A stretch of DNA of 64,000 nucleotides from Lepidodermella squamata (GCA_047495785.1 JBLDXI010000036.1:992001-1056000), one strand, 5' to 3'; positions 35,670 to 47,847 are shown, counted from the stretch's first letter. Translations and numbers: made by a program. The notes: generated by a model from the sequence alone, not told the origin.

Positions 35670-37280
35670 ATGGAAAGTTTAAATGATACATTTGTTCATC
35701 CTGGATCTTCATCGTCAATTGTCCTATCCTCTGATTTGGATATTTTTACGGTTCCGCCGTCACAGTTGGCGGAAGAAAATCAGTTAACAATCGAAGTTTT
35801 CCCAATCGCACCTTTGAACAGTTCAACTAATTTGATTGAATTTGTCATCGGACCCTTTAACGATTATTTGGCATTAGCTAGGACACAATTACTCCTCAAA
35901 TGGCGTGTTGTCAGACAACCATCCGCCCCGCGTTTGAAAGCGACAGGGGAGAACGATGAGCAATACAAAATTTACAAAGATACGCTATCAGCAACCAACA
36001 TTCAAAAGGCGCCGCTATGTTTAGCTCATCATGCTATGTTTAAGGGGTGCGAGGTGTACCTTAATGGAGTTTTAGTCTCAGAGCAATCAACCTTGTATCC
36101 ATATCGAGCTTACATTTCCACACTTCTTTCACATTCGAATGAAGCTAAAGAATCAATTTTAAAGACGCAATTTTTTCAAACCGACACCCCAGGCCACATG
36201 GAAAGCTTCACCGCTGAAAATGTTGGATTTACAGAAAGATTAACCACAGTTCAAGGTGGAACTACTGTTACAACTATGGGGCGGCTTTTTGCGGATCCTA
36301 TGATGACAAGCAGGCTGCTTTTACCTAATGTCGAAGTTCGTGTTAAATTGTACCGCGCGTCAGATAATTTTGCGCTAGTTGGAAAATCAGACTCTGACCC
36401 GCATAGCATTGAAATTCTTTCAGCGAAAATGCTGACGCGAGCAGTTGTAGTTTCCCCTGACGTAGCCATCGCGCATGCAAGGGTGCTTGAGAAAACGTCT
36501 GCCAAGTACCCAGTGTCACGTGTAAGAACGCGTTTATTTCACATTCCTACCAATGTGCTAAGCTATAGCGTAAGTTGAAAAAAGAAATCGAGGAAATGAA
36601 GCGGTATTTACATCTTTTGTTTTGTGGAGCAGATTCCACAAGTTGTTAGTGGCAAGCTGCCGAGACGAATGTTTTTTTGTTTTTTTGAAGGTTTATCCTT
36701 ATTTTCCTTACATACACTGACTTAATACAAAAGTATCGCAGATACAGCTATCAATGGCACACCTGGGAAGAATCCTTTCAATGCTGTCCATCTTAACATA
36801 TCAAGGATTTCCATTTACCTGGGCAATGAGTTGCACCATGCTACAGGTCCGTTGGAGATGGATTTCGAAAAAATTGACGTAACGCGGGCTTACTTGGAGC
36901 TCATGTCAGCTATCAACCCAGATTCACCCTTGAAGTCGTGCTCTTTAACACCGTTGCAATTTATCAAAGGCTTCACAATATTTGGTAATAGATTAACAAG
37001 ATTGAAGAAAGTGATGATTTATCAATGCCTCTTTAGGTTTCGATTTGTCTCGCAATTCTTCGCTACAAAATTATTCTGTTTTACGCACAGGTGTAATCAG
37101 ATTAGAGTTGAATTTTTCTAAACAGGTTACAACCGCAACTCAGCTACTTATTCTAACGGAAACCGATAGCGTTTTTGAGGTTCACCTAAATTGCCAATTG
37201 TTTTTTATTTCATGCCGTTTTGTTTTTATTGCCACGTGATATAGATCACACGTACACGGGATGTTCTTGTGGATGCCTAA
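35670..37280 (+). CDS. Double-jelly-roll major capsid protein, 5 exons, 459 aa
   Basis: LDIF.VPP, YPYRAYI.TLL, LLPNVEVRVKL; introns 36570-36632, 36691-36741, 36985-37036, 37180-37244 restore GKLPRR, NPFN, FGFDL, LELNF. Confidence 0.93.
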
Positions 37281-37298
37281 ACAACAACTAGTCTAGCA

Positions 37299-37889
37299 AT
37301 GTATAATAACGAACTCGAAGACTTCATGCAACGGGATCCAACCCTAAAGGCTTTTTCAACAGCAGTTGTTGCCGCTGATCATCTCCCACAGCATTCAATA
37401 GTGTCAAATGTCCCTCAGATTATAATATGTAATACTGGGAATGTGGAAACGTCGAATGGGAAACACTGGATAGCGATTTTTATACCAGATCAGGGTAAAA
37501 ATGAACCTTGCGAGTACTTTGATTCTTTCAGCCTTTCACCAGCGCACCACAACATTTTGATAGATAATTTTCTAAACAAGAATAGCCAATCTTCGATTCC
37601 TTACATCGAAGCTCAACATCCCTATCAACACCCTATGTCGCAAGTCTGTGGCCTATGGTCGCTATATTTCTGCTTTCTTCGTTCTAGAGGAAAGACGTTT
37701 CAACAAATTCTCAACCATTTTGATAAGCTAGATTCATCAAGAGTAGTTCATGGAGCTTTAAAATTACATATAAAAGACTGCATGCTCTATAGAATCATGT
37801 CGCGAATTTATAAAAATTATCACTTGTCCTTGAAACCGTTGAACAAAATCAAGCCCTCATTTTGTGCTGGTGTTAATGGCAAACTTTGA
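37299..37889 (+). CDS. Adenain-like cysteine protease (virion maturation)
   Basis: ICNT...GKHW, EYFDSF, YQ....QVCGLW. Confidence 0.93.
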   Translation: MYNNELEDFMQRDPTLKAFSTAVVAADHLPQHSIVSNVPQIIICNTGNVETSNGKHWIAIFIPDQGKNEPCEYFDSFSLSPAHHNILIDNFLNKNSQSSIPYIEAQHPYQHPMSQVCGLWSLYFCFLRSRGKTFQQILNHFDKLDSSRVVHGALKLHIKDCMLYRIMSRIYKNYHLSLKPLNKIKPSFCAGVNGKL

Positions 37890-38732
37890 AACGTTACCCT
37901 TCGTACAACCGTGCACCATGTTATTAGTTGGGCCGTGAGTGCAATATTACTTTGAAATAAACTAAGTTGCATTCTTCTACCTTTGGATTTTATTTTATTT
38001 TTTTAACAGCAGTGGCATCGGGAAAACTAGTTGGGTGCAGCGATTATTCGAAGATCATTTTGCCTTTACGGAACCCTTCCAAGAAATTACCTTGTTTTAC
38101 TCGACATTCCAACCAATTTATCATGAAATAGCGAATGCCGCATATAAAACTCACAAATCGACAATTATTTTTGTAAATGTAGCCTCAGCTTCAGCACAAG
38201 GCGATTTTGACTTAAAAAGACACGTAAACGTAAATTCGGAATTAGAGGAGGCTACAGCTTTGAAAACACGGGCAACGCCTCGCTGTTTAATATTTGACGA
38301 CGTCTACCGCTACTTGGGCGACGATGAAACATTATGCCAGTTGTTTCTAGGCGGCAGGCACCTTAACATTACAACAATATTATTGCAACAAGTTTTATTT
38401 CCAAAATCGAAAAACAGCAGAGAAATACTTGTAAGAGGGCTGATTATTTCATAACCTGGTAGATTAAACCATTATTTGCTTTACAGCAGAATGCTAATTA
38501 CTTGATATTATGGAAAAATGTAAACGACTCTGCAAGTTTTTCAACTTACGCTCAGCGGCGTTCGCCCTTGGCTTGGCGTGGCATGTTAGATGCGTTGGAT
38601 CAAGTTGCAGCCACTTCCTACCATTACCCACTTTTGATCGACAATTTACCTGACACGCAAGAAAATTTACGACTTAGATCACATGACGGATTCGGTGCAA
38701 ATCCTGGCTTTGCTTACATGCTATCAAAATAA
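37876..38732 (+). CDS. A32/FtsK-like DNA packaging ATPase, 3 exons, 241 aa
   Basis: Introns 37935-38009 and 38431-38486 restore Walker A GPSGIGKT and QNANYLILWKN; LIFDD, GRH. Confidence 0.92.
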
Positions 38733-38801
38733 TAATAATAATAATAATAATAATAGGAATAGGAATATAAAAGGCGACAATTAGCAGCGAAATTTAGGCA
38801 A

Positions 38802-39194
38802 ATGGGAAAGCAGCAGCTATCAATTGACGTGAAAAGGCGCCTTTTGCTGACAATAAAACTACTGATTCACGCGCATCCTAAGCAGCGAGCTGACGTTCTT
38901 GCAATAACTCCCCGCTATGTCATTCATTTCCTCACACGCTGTGCTTTTTATCTGATGAAGGAAAGCAAAAAAATGAGCGCTTTGTGCTATCCAGATTTTG
39001 AAAAATTGGCACCAAATCCTAACGAAGCTTCGTCGGTAGCTATAAATCGAGCGGTTTTCATCAAAATCTGCCTGACGAAAAATCGACATAAAAAGCCGCG
39101 TGACTTTTTTTCATTGATACCAAACATATTAGCCAAATTTTCTCCACAGTTGAAGTTTGATTACAAAATTCTTAAAAAACACCTCGCGGTTTGA
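38802..39194 (+). CDS. Basic uncharacterised Polinton protein
   Basis: Clean ORF 36 nt downstream of TATAAAAGGCG; resembles small conserved Maverick ORFs (from memory, not searched). Confidence 0.65.
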   Translation: MGKQQLSIDVKRRLLLTIKLLIHAHPKQRADVLAITPRYVIHFLTRCAFYLMKESKKMSALCYPDFEKLAPNPNEASSVAINRAVFIKICLTKNRHKKPRDFFSLIPNILAKFSPQLKFDYKILKKHLAV

Positions 39195-39217
39195 GAAATA
39201 TATAACACAAATAAACC

Positions 39218-40852
39218 ATGCCACCTGTTCAACGCAGCTTAAATTATGCAAAAAAAATGAAAATTGTACCCGCCGATGAAAGTTCACAAATAAAGCATAG
39301 CCCGACCCCGCAACAGAGGACCCCGCAACCTACGGCACAAGATTTACAATCGGCGCAAGTTTTACTAGGTAACCCACTGCTGTACAAATTGGTCCAGCTT
39401 TTGCAATTATTAGATCGGGATGTCATAAGTTCGAAAGATGGAGGTGACAACTTTACAGATTTGGCTAGACGGCGGAATGAATTGATGCATGAAATTATGA
39501 ATTTGAAAAAATTAGCAATAGCCAACTCATCAAAAGCTAATAACAACAGCGTTAGCCCTAATAATGTTATGCAACCCCCAGCACTACACCAGCAACAAGC
39601 ACAGCCTGCTAGCCTTAATACATTACCGCCGCCGCCAGTTAGCACTGAACCACCACCAGCAGCACTGCCTATTATAAACCAACAACCAGGGTTGCTTGAT
39701 GTAGCCATGGGGCCTACTAGCGCAGTTACAAGACAGCCGTACAATGCATGGCGGCGCGGTGCCGTTCGCGATTCGGGTATAGGCAACAACAATGATTATT
39801 ACAATGATCAAGAAGAAGAAGAAGAAGAAGAAGAAGAAGAAGAAGAAGGCGGTAATGATGCTGAGAGCGAAATTTACAACTTTGATAACGTTTTAAGGCA
39901 TCGGCAAACAAGCGATCAACGCAGCAACAACCAAGCGTCTAATTATTATTACCATAATTTTAACAATCATCGCCCTCAGCGCCCATCAACACAATCATTT
40001 GGTGTTAACAACGATAGCCATATCAGTAGTAGTAATCGTAGTAGTGGGCCGCCGCGCAAGCAACTTTCATCAAGTTTTCGTGCGGCGCCGCCTGTGAGCC
40101 GCGAAGCGCGAACTGGTGGTGACGCTGGGGGTAGGCCGCCGCCGCCGGGGGGGCCGCCACCGCGTCACAGCTCGCCGCCTCGGCTCGCTCCTACGCGAAG
40201 ACTAGGAGTTCAGGAGGAGGAGGAGGAGGAGCAGGCGGCGGAAGAGGACGAGGGAAATGATGGCGATCGTGACGATAACATGGCTGTCGATAATGAGGGT
40301 GATGATTACGACGGCAGGCTGGGAGTTTTGTTCGATGAGCCTGCGCCATCATCTAGAGTAGGTACTAGTAATAATAGAAGTAGTAGTAGTAGTAGTAGTC
40401 GTAACAACGCGTTATTACATCGACCTATGACGCGTAGCTTCAAACAAGCCAAGCGGTCCTTGATCATGAATTTATCTATGGCTAGTAATCATCCTTCTTC
40501 TAAGAAGAACAAGAAGCCGACGCATAGTTTGAAGAAAAAGACTACTGCGACTACAGCGGTGGCAATAGGAAATAAAGTAGTAGTAGGAAGAAAAAGAGGC
40601 GCGGCGGTGACTACTAAGGCAGCCGTAAATAGTAGTAGCATCTCTCCTCGTAAAAAAAGCAGTCGCATAGCAGCGCGCGCTGCTGCACCACCTTATGTGC
40701 AGGAAAACAACAACAACAACCAAGACGATGAAGAGTCTTGGGATGAGGAAGACGCCAATATGATGATTCAAGGCAGCGGTGCACATACCAGCTACTACGC
40801 CGTCAACAGCCGTAAACACCATGAAAATGGCTTTTGGAGTTTATTTTGTTGA
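39218..40852 (+). CDS. Largely disordered low-complexity Polinton protein (544 aa)
   Basis: Long ORF; AKKMKIVP N-terminus; poly-E, poly-P, poly-S and poly-N tracts. Confidence 0.7.
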   Translation: MPPVQRSLNYAKKMKIVPADESSQIKHSPTPQQRTPQPTAQDLQSAQVLLGNPLLYKLVQLLQLLDRDVISSKDGGDNFTDLARRRNELMHEIMNLKKLAIANSSKANNNSVSPNNVMQPPALHQQQAQPASLNTLPPPPVSTEPPPAALPIINQQPGLLDVAMGPTSAVTRQPYNAWRRGAVRDSGIGNNNDYYNDQEEEEEEEEEEEEGGNDAESEIYNFDNVLRHRQTSDQRSNNQASNYYYHNFNNHRPQRPSTQSFGVNNDSHISSSNRSSGPPRKQLSSSFRAAPPVSREARTGGDAGGRPPPPGGPPPRHSSPPRLAPTRRLGVQEEEEEEQAAEEDEGNDGDRDDNMAVDNEGDDYDGRLGVLFDEPAPSSRVGTSNNRSSSSSSSRNNALLHRPMTRSFKQAKRSLIMNLSMASNHPSSKKNKKPTHSLKKKTTATTAVAIGNKVVVGRKRGAAVTTKAAVNSSSISPRKKSSRIAARAAAPPYVQENNNNNQDDEESWDEEDANMMIQGSGAHTSYYAVNSRKHHENGFWSLFC

Positions 40853-40917
40853 AATCAATTCACGGGATGCACACACACACACACACACACAAAAAACCAC
40901 AAAAAGAAAAATGTCAA

Positions 40918-43900
40918 TTAGGCTTCCATCATTCGTCTGTCACTGTTATTATCATCATTATTATTTGCAGTGTAATATCCGTGCGGATAGCAAATGAAAG
41001 AAGTGCCCTCCGGCAGTAGCCAACGCTTACTGTATGTGAAATTGATTTTCTTGGTAGTCTTCACGAAGCGAATAGTTGCCAGAGGAGCATCTTGTTTCTT
41101 GAACAAGTTTTGATCAATAACAGCAAGCGGTTGCTGGTTGTTTTTAGCTTTGGAGTAGTTTTGGCTGCTACGACAGGTTGAAGCTACAGACTCATTGCTA
41201 CTAAGCACGATATGGCTTATAAACTTGTAAAACTCTAATATACTTCGGCTGTAGAAATTTTGACGTATTCCCTTGGTTCGAAAAAAGTCAATTTCTAGCT
41301 TTTCATCTCACAGATATTTATGCGCTAACCTTTAGCATCAGCTTGCATTCATTGTTTGAATAGAGGACAGCGTAGGACTGTGTTGTCAGAATTCAAGAAA
41401 ATAAAATAAAACATATGTGTATAAAAAAAAAACTCACTTTGCAACCTAATACAGCCATAGCTACTATGCGCTGGTTTGCTTCCAGTTGATCAGTCAATCC
41501 ACCTAATATAGGGGCTGTCATTTCAAGTTTGGGTATTCCCGGCCCCTGAATGCAGAAAATGCTATCCGTATCTGCACGGTGTTTGCAAACAAAAAATGAG
41601 ATGTTAGTATGGGGGAGTTGGGAAAAGGTGCAAATTATTACCACTGTAGATGGCATATCGACCAACTTGGTTCAAAGCTCTAGCTAATTTAACTCGACTA
41701 TGCGATGTGACAAAAGCTGCCACTATAGTAGACGTAGATCCTAGCGGCACCTCAGCATCAGCTGTCGCCTTTGACGTCACCTTGAGTCGTCTGACGTCCT
41801 CTGGATGTCTCAGATTACCAATTGGTTGGGCATCGAGCACTTGAACATCGCGATTTTTCAGCATTTGTTGCATTAGGAAGGGAGAATTTACGTAGCTTAT
41901 TTTCTCTTGGTTATTACGCATAGCAAACCGCCCGAACAGACTGTAATCGCAATGGGGTAACAAAATATTATAGCTTATCAGTAAGACAAGCAACTCTTTT
42001 TTACCTGTTAAGCATTAATTTACCAATAGTTCGCAACCCTGGATTCTTCTGTTCCAACTTGGCCCCATCGATTGGAATGCCAATATCAGCCCATTGTTTG
42101 AGATAGTGCGCCTTTTCATCGACCGTCTCACAGTTTGTCGGCCAGCCAGAACTTTCAGCCTTGAGGGTTGTGAAGCGTTTGATGAAGGCTTTGAACACGC
42201 TATTGCTTTTCTTAAATTCCCAAATCTTGACAACAAAAAATGTGTTAACAGTGTAAGCAGCGGTGGCGTAAAATGCGTGCTTTTCTATTACCTCAAAAAC
42301 TTCGAGCAGCTTGTATCCGTTCTCCTCCGTGGCATACTTCAATTCTGGCGAGCAATAAGCTCCAATCCAACTTCTTTCAAAGTCACTGTGGCTGCATGGT
42401 ATTGCACGTAACTGCGTTTGGTTTTTAACGTCGGCCGAAGAACAAGAATAACATAGACTAAAAACCAGCTTTTCCTGTTTGTTCCCTGAAATAAATTTGA
42501 GTTATATAACCAGAAGGAGGTCTCAAAATGTGGATTCAACCAACTGAAGCATAGAACAGGTAGCCATAAATTCCGAGGTGGTAGGACCTGTAGTAATTTC
42601 AGATTATAATCACACTATGAAAATAATGAGAGACTTCTACCCTAGCTTGTACTATTCCGAAGAAGTCGTCGCGTTTGTAAATTTCCTGCAATTTCTCATT
42701 ATTCAGTCGGTAATCTAACGTTGATTGAGATGGTGGTCCAATTGGCATGTCACATGAAAAGAGCGTCGATGGATAAAGACCTGAGTGAATTTCCACAAAG
42801 GTAGGTCTAGCTATTTTCCATTAGGAAAGAGTCAACATACTGTTGAAGTCACTGCTGACAATGCTGTAGTCGGGGCTAGGAAATATAAATTCGTCTGTTG
42901 TCACTCCGTGGCTGTTGCAAATTTCCACAATGCGTTCCAAATGCTCTGCTGTAGGTGAAGCTGTATCTTGTTGTTTCGAGGCTGTTGATCTTTGAGCTAT
43001 GAGAGCAAGCAGCCTAAAAGCCTCAACGCGACCTTTTCAAATTTAAAAAAAAGAAATAAAGTTCAAAATGTGGTCAAATTTAGCTCGTCGGAACCTCCAT
43101 AGAAGAAGCTTCGATTTGTCATTGGTGGCGCCAATTTGACATTTTCATAAATCTGCTTCGCTCGCGCATTTTGCTTGAAAATCTCTCGAATCGAATGTTC
43201 CCAAAAACTAACGAGCTCATAGCCGTGGCTACGGAAAATAGCCTCGCGCTGCATTGTTTGGCTGTATACCTCATAATTTGGTTGACCCTGGAACCAATTG
43301 ATGAATTCACCGGAATTGCAGATCAAGCATGAATGTATGGCGCACCCATAGACTTCAACTATTAAATCTGGTTTGCCAGAGCTAGGGTCCCGTTGAACGT
43401 AACCATCTATGCGCCAATTTCGGCCATCAAGATTCAGCCGGATTTCTTGCTTGTTATTCTGTGCATGTTTCATGCCTGCATAAACAGCTGGCTCACTTTC
43501 CATCAAGTACTCAAGGAAGGCGATACTCAACTTGGAATGAGTGTCACGACCGCACCATCCAGCAGCTGGAACCACAGCCAGACATTGCTTTTCGAGAAAA
43601 AGCTTCCGAAAGCAGACATTGGCCACAGATGGTGTCGTGATGCATTCCCGGAAGCAGTCAGTTGAACAAAGCTCAAGCATCAAATTTCGAAATTTGATGC
43701 AGCATTTTTCTAAAACTACAACATCTCGTATGCAGTATTCGAGTAGAACTTTGCGTAACGAAAACACTTTGCTCCTGTTTTCTGTGTAAAATTTATCAAA
43801 TTCAACCAGCTCCGATTGAGGCATGGTTGATGGTGAATATAGCTCCCTATCTGGTAGGTTTGGCAGCTCCAAGGTCATGCTAAATGGTTAGAAATTATCA

Positions 43901-46133
43901 GTTGGCAGATGTGAGGAAATATTGTGACAAAAAAGCACTACTTTTCCCTAGTGATCAACGAGTATGGGAACCAGGTTTTCGCGCAATCAGCATCACTTAT
44001 GCCCATAGTAGAAGGAAGATCTCTGGCGATGGTAGGAAAAAAAAACACAACCGAAGCTGAATAGAACCAAAAAATAGTGAAATATAATGTAAGCTGCTTA
44101 CCTCAGTCGAGTTTGCGTAAAAAGTATTGAATCAATGAAACGAAGGCTATTTCGCGGGATTTCAAGTGACAGAATTGACCCTTGGCGCTGTATGACTGTG
44201 ATTGCCGTTTGCCGGATTTGAAGCTCGCGCAGAAGTAGCAACCCGTCGAAATTGGCAAAGTTGTGCGCTATAGCAATCGAGTGAGCGTTGTTAGCATTAA
44301 GCAGCCAATTTGCAAAGTCCTTTAAGCAATGCTGTCCGTAAAAAATGTGCAAGCCGCAGCTTGAGTGACACTTTTTGTGCCTCCATTCAATGCAATGTGC
44401 TATACATAAAAATTTCGCTGTCACCAAACATGGTTCAAACACTGAATCATTCTCAGCGGATGTTGCAAAACATTCAAAATCGAAGAAAATGAGGTTTTGA
44501 TACTTCTTCAGACTGCTAGATTCTATAGGCTGGAGAGGAGTGTTAAGAAGCCTATTTGGTTGTAGCATGCTTTATTCTTACCAAAGGATTAATGAAGCAG
44601 ACGTGTTTATCTCGATTCTCCCTGAAAAACCGATCGCCGCATACGTAGCATTTGATTCCCGTGCAATTTGTTTGATGTTTCGGTAAATCAACTATTTTAA
44701 CGCCACATCTCTTGCATTTTTGTCGGTCGGTACATTTATGCGCTGTTTTGCAAGACTTGGAGTATAGAACTATAGACGTAGAAATAGGTGCTCATTTAAA
44801 ATTCTGCTAAACCACATAATGTGGGAATACCTGATGAACAGTTTTTACATCGGTCGATAGTTTTGGAGAGACTGGCTAATGAAAACTCAGCAGAATAGCG
44901 ACAGATTTTACCCGCCCTTTCTATAGAGTACAAAATAATTTCCCCCGGTGATTAATTTTTAATCTACTCACCACACGAAGAACAAGAGAGTTTGCATTTA
45001 TGTAGCGATTTGATCGATCTGGTTCGAAAACATATAGGACAGACGCTCTGCGCTGTGCTGACGGTTTGTTTCATGTAGTTAGCTGAGGCTATCACATGAA
45101 AGTGTCCTATGCCATCAAAGCCCGGCTCTTCCTCCGAGTAGTAATGAAGTAGGACAATAGCTAACAAGCTCAGTGATCTCAAGTGGTCGAAATCTGGGAT
45201 CTCGCGAACGATATCATTGGCGCTATGTGAATACACCACGATTCTGAAAGTGTTACTTCCAGGATCTAGAGCTTGGTACAACGCCTCTAGATGCTCGTCG
45301 ATGGAATATGAAGGCAGATCTAAAGGCAACCCTGCGGCTAGCATAAGTTTGACAGCTTCTTGATATTGCTTATTCGCCGATCGTTTCCTTATCAACTCGT
45401 ACGCTAGCCGCAATTGGCGATTTTTTGGATCAGCTTTCGACCTTGCAAGTGCAGCGCCCACACATAAAGCTCTACTGAGACATAAATTGTTTGGTTCCGT
45501 TGACTTATGGCTGATTTGAATTATTGATCGAGTTCTTAAAAAAAAGGAGTCTATACTCTCTGCCGTGCGTCGCTTAGATCGCGTTCCGCCAGCCAGATGG
45601 TTATTTTCAGGTCGTTCGATTACAAAAACTCGAATGGTCCATTCACCAGCAAAAGACAAGTCTTCATTGCTATTTAGAACCTCGCGAACACGGTCGAAAA
45701 TGGACCGGTTAAGTAGCTCATCTTTTTCCATAAAAGGTAAGGCAAATGGAGACCTCAAGTCTGGGTGATACAACGTCAAGCGAACATGACACCCGTCTGG
45801 TAAGTCTTGATGGATGTTTTGAACTAAATCTGTTAACATGTTGGCAAGCAAATTGAAACGGGTCTCAAGATCAGCATTAATTACGAGCTGGTTGTCCAGG
45901 ATTTGAGAAAAGGTCCTTACATTGTTTATCTCAGCTTCATTCGCGCCACCTGCAAAGTGAACATTGCCAGATGATGAATAGGATTCTGGTAATGAGGAGA
46001 TGAAGCTATCAGCAAAGTTTGACCCAACGGGTTGAATGAAGTACTCTTGTGAGTACAGTTGAAACCTCGAAGAATGTATTCGCCGATTAGTCTTAAGAAA
46101 ATTGTATGCAATAGTTAGGTTGCTATCGTCCAT
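40918..46133 (-). CDS. Protein-primed family B DNA polymerase (pPolB), 15 exons, 1452 aa by manual splicing
   Basis: Introns 44971-44921, 44830-44770, 44581-44530, 44101-44023, 43941-43880, 43094-43033, 42840-42781, 42640-42588, 42544-42486, 42291-42226, 42004-41941, 41641-41572, 41437-41378, 41329-41272; restores FDFE, HNFANFDG, YCIRDV, YGGRVE, DFNSLYP, KLMLNSLFG, YSDTDS. Confidence 0.93.
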
Positions 46134-46317
46134 ATTTTCACAGGTCTAATCAAGTTCTTATTAAAGTCTAAGTAGAATAAGAATTATTTAAGGGGATGCT
46201 ACTTTGTTTAATATCGGACTAAGAAGCTATTAAATTCCAACTATAATAGGAATCCACAACCAACTAAAATAAAAAAAGGGCATGCACACATGGGTTCAAA
46301 TGAACAAAATTGGGTCT

Positions 46318-46914
46318 TTAAAGTATCTGATTCGACATGTTAGTCATTGATAGTCGCATTCCTATTGAATCGTTGACGTTTTACCTGCTGCTGTTAGCAG
46401 CAACTGTTCAAAGTCAATAACAGCTCCGGCCATGTCTTGAAATTGGCTGGCAATTAGAGTTATGCCGTTTTTCGTCGGGCGTTTTGTGCCTAGAAAGACT
46501 CGAAGAGTTAGACAATATTAGCTGAGTAGATTTTTCAAATTTACCATCTGCGTGAAGACTCATGGTTCGAAAATTAAGGCGGATTGGTGACAGTTCAGGC
46601 ACGAAGATAGATGCCATGACGTTGAGTTTAGGGAACGAAAATGTGAAATCTATATTATGCGCCAGTAGTGCAATTTTAGCCGCGTCAATCCAAACATGCT
46701 TTGGTGGTTTGAAAAATGGCACAAATTCCTTAAGAAACGCGTCCTGTCGCATCATCAGGCCTTTTGTTTGCCCATATTTTTGTTCGCTCTCGCCATTACT
46801 TTCCTGCTGAATGACGATAAGATGTTTGTCCTGAGAGTGTTGTTTTATGACCATATCCCCGCCAAAGTGAACGAAAATCAAACTCTCAGACTGTTCGTGG
46901 TTAGTAGACGCCAT
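46318..46914 (-). CDS. Tandem PC4-like (ssDNA-binding / coactivator-fold) protein, at least 2 exons; 3' end uncertain
   Basis: Intron 46544-46490 yields IRLNFR...DGTKRPTKNGITLIASQF, matching the PC4 motif (IDIR...KPGRKGISL...QW); first repeat LIVIQQ...QTKGLMM. Confidence 0.65.
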
Positions 46915-46988
46915 TACAAAAAATCAGAAAAAAATCACAGAAATTCTAAGATGAAGAAAAAGATGGAAAATGTGAATATTCTTATTAT

Positions 46989-47786
46989 TCAGACATGAAT
47001 GGGAAATAACCCCGGCCAACGTGAATTTAACCCAAGAAATTGGTCTCTAAAGACATCAGCGGCCCATGCCGAACCAACAATCTTCGAAGCGAGAACTAAT
47101 TGATTCGTTCCAGATTGAATGCTTGAATTAGTGCTTGATAGGCCGACACGCCATATGGCTCGGTCAATAAGGTGAAAGATGTGGCGAACAGTGCATTTTT
47201 TGCCTTGATAATTTTTAAGCAAATCAAAAAGCATATGTTCAACAAAAATGCTACGGCCAATGTTGTTACCAAGTGGGCCGCTTAGTTGGTAATCAAACTG
47301 CTTTGGGCGCCGGATAGTACACTTCGATTTACCAGAGAATTCAGGTATAAAACACTCCGACTCACTTCTGGCGTCTTCCGGAGTGAAAAACCAGTGATCA
47401 TCGCCATTATCAATTAGAGTTTGCAGCCGTTTGTCACTAGTGTCCTTGAGGAGAGTCTGCCATCGTGTAAGGCCGACAACACTTAGAATGGCCCCATCTT
47501 CTTCCGTTTGCTTTGGCAATGAAGCAGTTAGGTAATCTTCACGCAATTGATTTAAATTAAGCCGATTTATGGCGCGGGATGTGGCAAATGTGATGTGCTC
47601 CAACGTTAGGCAAGTGCCCCGAAAACAGGAGAGAAAGTCGAAAATCGCGATTTCAAGGAAAGCGCGACGGCCTGAAGTCAGGTTCATAGAATGTACAAAA
47701 GATTGTGGAGCATTGAAGATGCCGTCACCCTTGGCAAAAAATGAAGCTTCAAAGGAAGAGTCATATTCACGACGGGAGTGATCCAT
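46989..47786 (-). CDS. Hypothetical protein with an internal duplicated domain (265 aa)
   Basis: GRRAFLEIAIFDFLSCFRGTCLTLEHITFATSRAINRLNL versus GRSIFVEHMLFDLLKNYQGKKCTVRHIFHLIDRAIWRVGL. Confidence 0.7.
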   Translation of the reverse strand: MDHSRREYDSSFEASFFAKGDGIFNAPQSFVHSMNLTSGRRAFLEIAIFDFLSCFRGTCLTLEHITFATSRAINRLNLNQLREDYLTASLPKQTEEDGAILSVVGLTRWQTLLKDTSDKRLQTLIDNGDDHWFFTPEDARSESECFIPEFSGKSKCTIRRPKQFDYQLSGPLGNNIGRSIFVEHMLFDLLKNYQGKKCTVRHIFHLIDRAIWRVGLSSTNSSIQSGTNQLVLASKIVGSAWAADVFRDQFLGLNSRWPGLFPIHV

Positions 47787-47847
47787 ATTAAAATATAAGA
47801 GACTAAAGGTGTGGAAAAAAGTAAGTTAGTTCACAGCACTCGCACAC

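Noticed and set aside
39808-40400. GAA/GAG/AGT triplet runs as independent repeats
   Set aside because: In-frame low-complexity coding tracts of ORF 39218-40852
35670-46133. Reading the fragmented MCP, ATPase and pPolB ORFs as a decayed pseudogenised Polinton
   Set aside because: Every break is bounded by GT...AG with compatible phase, and splicing restores conserved motifs without stops
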